A DNA stretch of 64,000 nucleotides from the NCBI GenBank assembly GCA_040285825.1, contig JAUPSS010000002.1:744001-808000 (forward strand), read 5' to 3'. This document shows positions 57,807 to 64,000 of this stretch, piece by piece. Every line of letters begins with the position of its first letter. Position 1 is the stretch's first letter. The notes under the pieces were generated by a model. It had not been told where the DNA came from. It ran no database searches and saw only the letters and a program-made list of their open reading frames with translations. The DNA is from Eukaryota sp. TZLM1-RC (lineage: Eukaryota > Protista > Metamonada: BaSk clade). Position numbers and translations under genes: made by a program.

Positions 57807-58061
57807 TTACAGATTGTCTAAATGAACAGAGATATCTTCAACAGTATTGAAAAGGGCTTCCAGCTCTCGTTCGTCTAGCTCAATGTTAACATTTTCCTTC
57901 GAGATGCCATTAGAAAGCTTCAAGCCAAGTGAAACGCTAGGGACAGAAGTGTTTTTGTTTGATGAATGACTAACAGTTTTGTTTAACTTCCAATCAGAGC
58001 TTTCAAGGAAAGTTTTCCTGGTATTATTACCGGATGAGCGAGGAGCAGGAGGTGTGTACAT
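57807..58061 (-). CDS. COMM-domain-only protein (COMMD6-like size)
   Basis: L...DWKL..VS.S....P.V.L.LKL....V.IEL...EL..L...V..I...L; 5' end uncertain. Confidence 0.7.
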   Translation of the reverse strand: MYTPPAPRSSGNNTRKTFLESSDWKLNKTVSHSSNKNTSVPSVSLGLKLSNGISKENVNIELDERELEALFNTVEDISVHLDNL

Positions 58062-58362
58062 GGACTGTACCGGTTGAGACGTCGGTGGTAGAGCAGCATA
58101 GGTTGCAGTTTGTGGAGGGCCAGTAGTGGGGTCATGAACTGAGGGAGTAATAGAAAGAAGTTGAAAGATTACAAGGGACTCCTAAACCTCAGAAAAGAAG
58201 TTGAGTGAAAGATATAAGAACCACTAGTTGGGAAAGTGTGGGAATAGTGAAAACCTCCCAAAACCAAGTTGAGGGTTAAAAACCTCCCAGAACAGGCAAC
58301 CAGAAGTCGAAAATGGGGTGACAAGTGTAAAATTTGATAGATGAGCTCTTTATTCTCACTAC

Positions 58363-60318
58363 ATGACAGACACCCACTCTGTGTCACGTGTATTCACTCG
58401 GTCTTGTGCACTTAACTCGCTGCTGACCCCTGCAGTGGTGCAACAAATTCGGACTGACCTTCCTGTGGTCACCGAGATTTGTCATGAAGCTTCTTTATTA
58501 CTTCAATCTTTTCTTCTAAATTTTCCGTTGGCATCTAGAGCTTTAGTGGAACAGGATGTATGGTATCTGTTTATGACCGTCATCACCACTGGTTCTTTTC
58601 CTAAGCCTTCCACATCTAAAGGGCAACGCCAATTACTCCATATCTTTTACAATGGATTTCTTCCTGAATGCCCACAAGACAGTTCTCTTGTTTCTGTGTG
58701 GGAAAATTCTTTAGTGCCTTACAGATATTCATTCAATCTTTTCCTCAATGATTGGCTGCAGTCCCAGAACTGTAATTTTATCAATAGAAAAGGGCTTTCT
58801 CCTTACCTTGCTTGTCGGGCTCGTCAATTGGCCTCCAACGTGAAGACAAGTTTACCCAAAATTTGTCAATCCTGGACAAAAAACTTTATTCGTGCTCATT
58901 GTAGAGCCCTGAATAAAACAAATGTCTTTGCAAATAATATTCTTTCACTTTTGCCAGATGAACTACTAGCCCAACCCGAGGAAGTAGTAGTTGATTCTGT
59001 TCTTGAATACCTCATCAATTTCAATTTGAATAATTCAAGAGAAAGATTTTTTTATTGAATGCATGTAGGTTTATCTTGAATCTCCTCCAAAGATTTCCTA
59101 CCACTGCCTCCCTACTGTCCTCACATGATAAAATCACTTTTTCATCAAAGGAAATTGGTGAGCTTTTTCTCTTCAATCTTAAAATTTCACAATACTTACT
59201 CACTTTCTTTTCTCATATGCATTGCTGGAAGAAATTTAGAATAATACCTTTAGCTTCTCACAAAGGTTCTAAATTTCATGAGGTACCTTCACATGTTTTC
59301 CACTCTGTGAAAAAATTTCCACTTATTGAAGGATTATCTTCCAAAACAAAGTTTATCAGAAATACATGTCTGAAACGAATATTCAAACAATGTCCTTACC
59401 AAAAATTCAATATCAACAGAAAAAGTTTGAAAAATAGATTTAACAAAATTTTATTGAAAACTAAAGGTAATGAACTGCTTTTGACCTTTGAAGGTAAAAA
59501 TAATGACTTAGAAAACACAGATGAGCTGGATGAACCACCGAAAAAGAAAAGAAGATCAAAAAAATGAAATGAAAAGTGACCCTGATGCCAACAAAACCAG
59601 AGAAACACAGTTGAAGGGCACTAAAAAAATGCCCCGTCGAAGACGTAGACATCCAGTCGAAATTTTACCTGAAAGGCCCCTTATTGGTGTTGATCTGGGC
59701 CAATCAAGATTATGTGGTTACTTCTTAGATGATAATCAATGTGGAGTTATTCCTTGTCCAACTGGCAGGAGGTACAGGACAAATCCTTCACCCAGTAAAC
59801 ACTCTCCCAACCAATATTCCGTTCAAAATTTCAACCAATATTTGAACCATTGGAATTTGGTTAGGAGGAAAGTGTATTTGGAAAGTAATCGCCAGAAATG
59901 GAAAATAATTAAATTTGATAACCGAAGACGAAAAGAGAGACGGTTCAGAGAGACTCTCAACAAATTTCAAAGGCTGGCTGGACATCCTGAAAAACTCTAT
60001 CTTGCTGTGGGTTCTGCTAATTTCCCTTCTCATTGCCGAAAAGTCAATCGATATGAATCAGCAAGGGCTTTCAGAAAATGGTTGTGTTATCAAAAGGACG
60101 TGAAGCACTTGTCAACCAGTGAATTTAATACAAGCAAAATGTCAAGTTGTTGCATGGCCGAGAATATTCAAGCAGGCTCATGGCAGATGCGTATTTGTAC
60201 TGAGTGTCAAATAGTATATGACAGAGATATTTCCGCTGCAAAAAATATTCAAATTAAGAAGAAAGCGGAATTGTGGCCGGAAAGATACATTTGCCCAGAT
60301 GCTCTGTTGAGAAGATGA
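58363..60318 (+). CDS. Near-full-length Fanzor1-like RNA-guided nuclease, lineage B (~650 aa), split by two frameshifts at homopolymers
   Basis: Three overlapping ORFs. RuvC-I IGVDLG, RuvC-II SEFNTS, CC/CTEC zinc finger, RuvC-III RDISAAKNI, NLS-like PPKKKRR. Confidence 0.85.
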
Positions 60319-60588
60319 ATGGGGAACCTGAGCATACAGAAACAAAAACTTTTGAGACCGATCTACAAATGCCCTAGTAGCATTTGGTAGATCCACTTAG
60401 ATACATCAAGTCGCGAGGCTTTGTTCTGTGAAAGCAGTAGGTGTATTTAAGTGAGGTAGCCCATTGATGAAGATCATGATTGTCTTTGTCAAATGATGCT
60501 ACATGTCTCTTACAACCTGTGAGTAGACATTAGAAAGTTGAAAACAGGAGTGAATTTCACAGGGGAATGCATGATAAGTGAAATTCAC
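60319..60588 (+). ncRNA. Predicted Fanzor-B omegaRNA scaffold / right end
   Basis: Conserved with 34330-34657; multiple stems with G-U pairs, GCGA and GAAA tetraloops, and a terminal 11-bp stem. Confidence 0.78.
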
Positions 60589-60999
60589 AGTAAGTCGGGA
60601 CAAAAATCATTAAACCAGAATCATTTCACAAATGGGTTACTGAGTGAATCAATACACGAAGAATATCAAGTGATGACATCAGTTACTACATTTTTGATGA
60701 ACAAAATTGTGATTTTATTATTATCTTATATTATTTGGTTTTATTTAGAACAAAAAACCTCGAACTTTAACAATACAGCAATGATAATTGATCAGTTCTC
60801 GAAGACTTTACTTAAATCTAAATTGAAAATACAATAAATTCCTTGTGAATTAAAACAACAAAATAGATGTATGAGCAATTAGAATAGAGTTCGCTTAAAA
60901 TATCAACTTATTTACGATCTCGGTTGTTATAGTTAATAAAATTTTACTTTTGTGTTAATGTTCTCCTGACATATTTTAAGATATTCATGTGAATGATTA

Positions 61000-61880
61000 A
61001 TTTAAGGGTTTGTACAAAAAGTTTCAACAACAACTTGCAGCATTCTTTGAAGGCTTGGATTATGAAGTACGTCTTGGCATGATCAAACAAAAAAGGACGC
61101 TTTTACAAATTCTTGAAATTTGTTCTGGATGTCGTGATAGTTCTGCTTCGTGTGAAATACTCACCTTATGTGGCTTGTTTATTTGATGATCCTTGTTTCT
61201 TAATGTCAATGCGTCATCGATCATTCATTTGGCCTCACAGTCTTCCACACGATTTAATTTATAGATGTGTTACGATTGGCACTCCAACCAATTTTTTAAT
61301 TGTAATTGTTTTTTATTATGATATCAAAAGTTCACACTGCAGTCCATGACCAACTCTACCTTACGTGTAAATCGTACAAGATTGAAACTTTTTTAACACC
61401 TTTGCTTTCAAATTTCACTGATGAGTTTGACAAAAATTCTTTCGGTGACAGTTGTGGAGATGTGTTGGTTCAGACTTTGATGGATCAATGATTATTATTG
61501 ATGTCCAATCCGCATATGCTTCAAAGGTTTCAAAGAAAATACCTGTCTTTTATTACACCATAGAGATAACGTAGAGTTGAAGGGGCCACAATACCCAAGA
61601 AATTGCTGAGAAATTAATAATTTGAATACCAACTCACACACCCAGTACCTTCAGTGTGCTTTTGCTTTCTCCTTATTTGAAACTTTTGGTGGAACTTATT
61701 TTGCTGCGGGATTTATCTAAAATTGTCAAAAAAGAAACGGAAGAATTTTTGACCTCACTTTTTGACAATATAAAATTCTGTTTTCTATTTTCAAAGGAAG
61801 GCAAATCCTGTTTTCTGGCTCGCTGTAGGTGGTCGGCAAGTTTTCGATAGTAGATGTAGAGTTTGAGCAAATTGAATAGT
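61000..61880 (+). mobile_element. Highly decayed CRE-like RLE fragment
   Basis: SMR.R.FIWP.SLP.DL, SKVH.AVHDQLY..CKSYKIE.FL.PLL. Confidence 0.65.
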
Positions 61881-61914
61881 AGTGTTTCAAAATCACCTTG
61901 AAGAATGAAATAGT

Positions 61915-62065
61915 TTATGTTAAATACTCATCAGGAATGTGAAACAAGTTATTAAAGAACATGGCTGAGAAGCAATGGAAGTCGGAAGATACTTTCATAA
62001 TTTTTGGTGACAATAACAATAAGACCACAAATTTAAAGCATCATCGATCAAGTTGAGGAATTGGT
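61915..62065 (+). pseudogene. Fanzor lineage C remnant
   Basis: LLKNMAEKQWKSEDTFIIFGDN..LKHHRSS*GIG matches 47965-48085 (-). Confidence 0.75.
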
Positions 62066-62108
62066 GAAAGTTGTTAATATGTTTGGAGGAAGCCTACAAA
62101 AATGATCA

Positions 62109-62193
62109 AAATCCCTAAGCGATGACCCATCTTCAACAATAAGAAAGATCTCATTCTTGAGAATGATAGAAGATCCATTACCTAGCAAGGTAA
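62109..62193 (-). pseudogene. 85-bp fragment similar to the beta-helix gene (56915-56999)
   Basis: The first 33 nt are identical, followed by scattered substitutions. Confidence 0.75.
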
Positions 62194-62950
62194 TCAATAA
62201 CTTTAATTGCAACTATTTATGATTATATATATAAAGTCAATGACTAAAAGTGAGTCCTTTGTGATTCTGCAAATAATGAGCACCTATTTTGATGATATAC
62301 CTGACAATTTTCTCACTTCGTTTCTTTGCTTTCAGTAACTTTCCTTGATTTAGTTGATTCTCTCGATTTTTCAAATTGCACTGTTCCAACAATCTTGATT
62401 TCGATTCCTGTATTTCAAATTCTAGTTCCTATCATCTCCACATAATACTATAGGTCTATCATTTTTACGGAACTTAGCCTTCCATGATTGCTAAAATATT
62501 GATGTCTGCAAGATCCTTATCTTACCAAATTTTTACCTGAAACATCGGCGTAGTCCCCAAAGAATTGAAAATTCGGCTACTGTTGATTTTGGTTTCTTCA
62601 TATTTGGATCTATAATACTTTTCAACTGCTTTATACCACCAATTCAAGTATTTTTTCCGGCCTCTCAGCAAAGTTTGACGCGTCTGTGCCTACTTGTGTC
62701 ATTTTGTGGGCAGTATTTACTGTAAATTTTTAGAAAACCTCAAGGTAGTTTGTGGGGACTACTGTATGTACAGGAAGGGGTAATTGTTATTAGATAGTTG
62801 TTTTTAAATTTTTTTATTCAATTCATTTTAAGTAGACAGCTACTTTGATAGTATTTATCATTTTGTGGAATAAATTAAATCAAATAAAAAATTTATCATT
62901 AATCAAAATCCTTTACTTTAAATACGCGTATTTTAAAAACAGGACAATAG

Positions 62951-64000
62951 TAGAGCTTTTAAATGACATTTAAATGACGCGTCTAGACTTGAAAATGTTA
63001 TGTCGACGTGACGTGACATGAAAAAAACCATGTTGACTTGAAGTCATGTCACATCATGTCACGACCTATCATGACTTAAACTTTTATAATTTCATAATAA
63101 AAATTGAAGCAATAGTCCTCCTTCTTCTCATGAGTTCCAGAAGATTTTACCAAACCACTACTATTTCCTCCAACCAAAAGATCTTCAAACTACATTAATG
63201 TTGATTCTGATGAATACACTATCGACGTTCCTGTATTCAACCCTTTACTCCTGTTTTTGAAAGTTCACCGATCTCTTCTTCATGTCAATGCCGTTTCTCC
63301 TATTTCCAAGTCTCGTCCATTGATATTACATGTTCCCATTTTTTTGCTGAAAATGAAAAGGGTTCCATTCGGTGCTTTTGGTGTGAAAATGAAAAAGTTT
63401 CAAAAATTTATAAACGAATCAACACTGATATAATGAGAACTGACATGAACAAACACCATTCCAGCTGGAATAATTCTAAGAGTCAGCTAATGTTGCCTGG
63501 TTCCCCTGTACCTGCGCTGAAAATTGCAGTACTTACAACTGATCAACAGGATCAGTTTGATCAACTACTCATTGAATGGTTAGTAGTGGATCACATGCCT
63601 TTATCAGTTGTTTATAGTCCAAGGTTCAGAAAACTGTTGAAATTTTCAAATAATTCTGTTTCAATAAAGTCAAGAAATACTAAACGCAATAATATTCTGG
63701 AACAATTTGAACAATGTCCAAGTAAAGTCACAGAATTTTTGATGAACAATGATTTCAAAATTTCCGTTGCATGTGTATTAGAGACATGAGGAGGCCACAC
63801 ACCATTTTTGGGTATTACTGCGCTCATTTTACGACTGATTTCGGGTGGTCTTAGAGACTTCAAGGCTTTTTCAACATTGGGTGGGTATTTGTATTGGGTG
63901 CTAATAAGCAAATATTCCCAGATATCGGCATCAGATGGGTTGTTGCCTAACACATTTGTTCCGCCTCCATAAAAACTTTGCTATTTTGCGATAATCTTAC
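62951..64000 (+). mobile_element. hAT element left part (TAGAG terminus, TGAC/GTCA subterminal repeats, BED finger, decayed transposase)
   Basis: IRCFWCE..M..HH; WLVVDHMPLSVV..PRFRKL; FLGITAHF; runs off the window edge. Confidence 0.72.

Noticed and set aside
59040-59567. Programmed ribosomal frameshifting in Fanzor B1
   Set aside because: The first site is not an in-phase X XXY YYZ heptamer, and two opposite shifts would be needed; homopolymer error or decay is simpler.

Overview
Eukaryotic DNA from a gene-dense, AT-rich protist. ARL3, MZT1 and Sfi1-like genes suggest a flagellate, and the 25-33 nt introns suggest a metamonad-like lineage; both are inferences. Host genes sit in tight clusters, often head-to-head only 40-160 bp apart: NOL6/Utp22, an LRR-DUSP gene, a REC114 candidate, MZT1, ARL3, NCBP1, MUS81, SF3B5, POLQ, an Sfi1-like gene, an SMPDL3-like gene, RFC3, RPP21 and a COMMD gene. 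Between the clusters are islands of nested mobile-element debris. These include at least 10 CRE-like restriction-like-endonuclease (RLE) non-LTR fragments (two with TSDs), a MULE with a 9-bp TSD inserted inside one of them, hAT remnants and a gag/LTR remnant. The most notable content is seven Fanzor (eukaryotic TnpB) loci in three lineages, one of them near full length (58363-60318). Lineages A and B carry conserved, highly structured 3' non-coding tails (predicted omegaRNA scaffolds) that share a GATCRTGAT loop, a GCATGA motif and a GAAATTCAC end. Four of the six Fanzor loci that retain their 3' end stop 9-51 nt upstream of a host ATG on the same strand. All calls come from reading motifs by eye; no database search or folding program was run.
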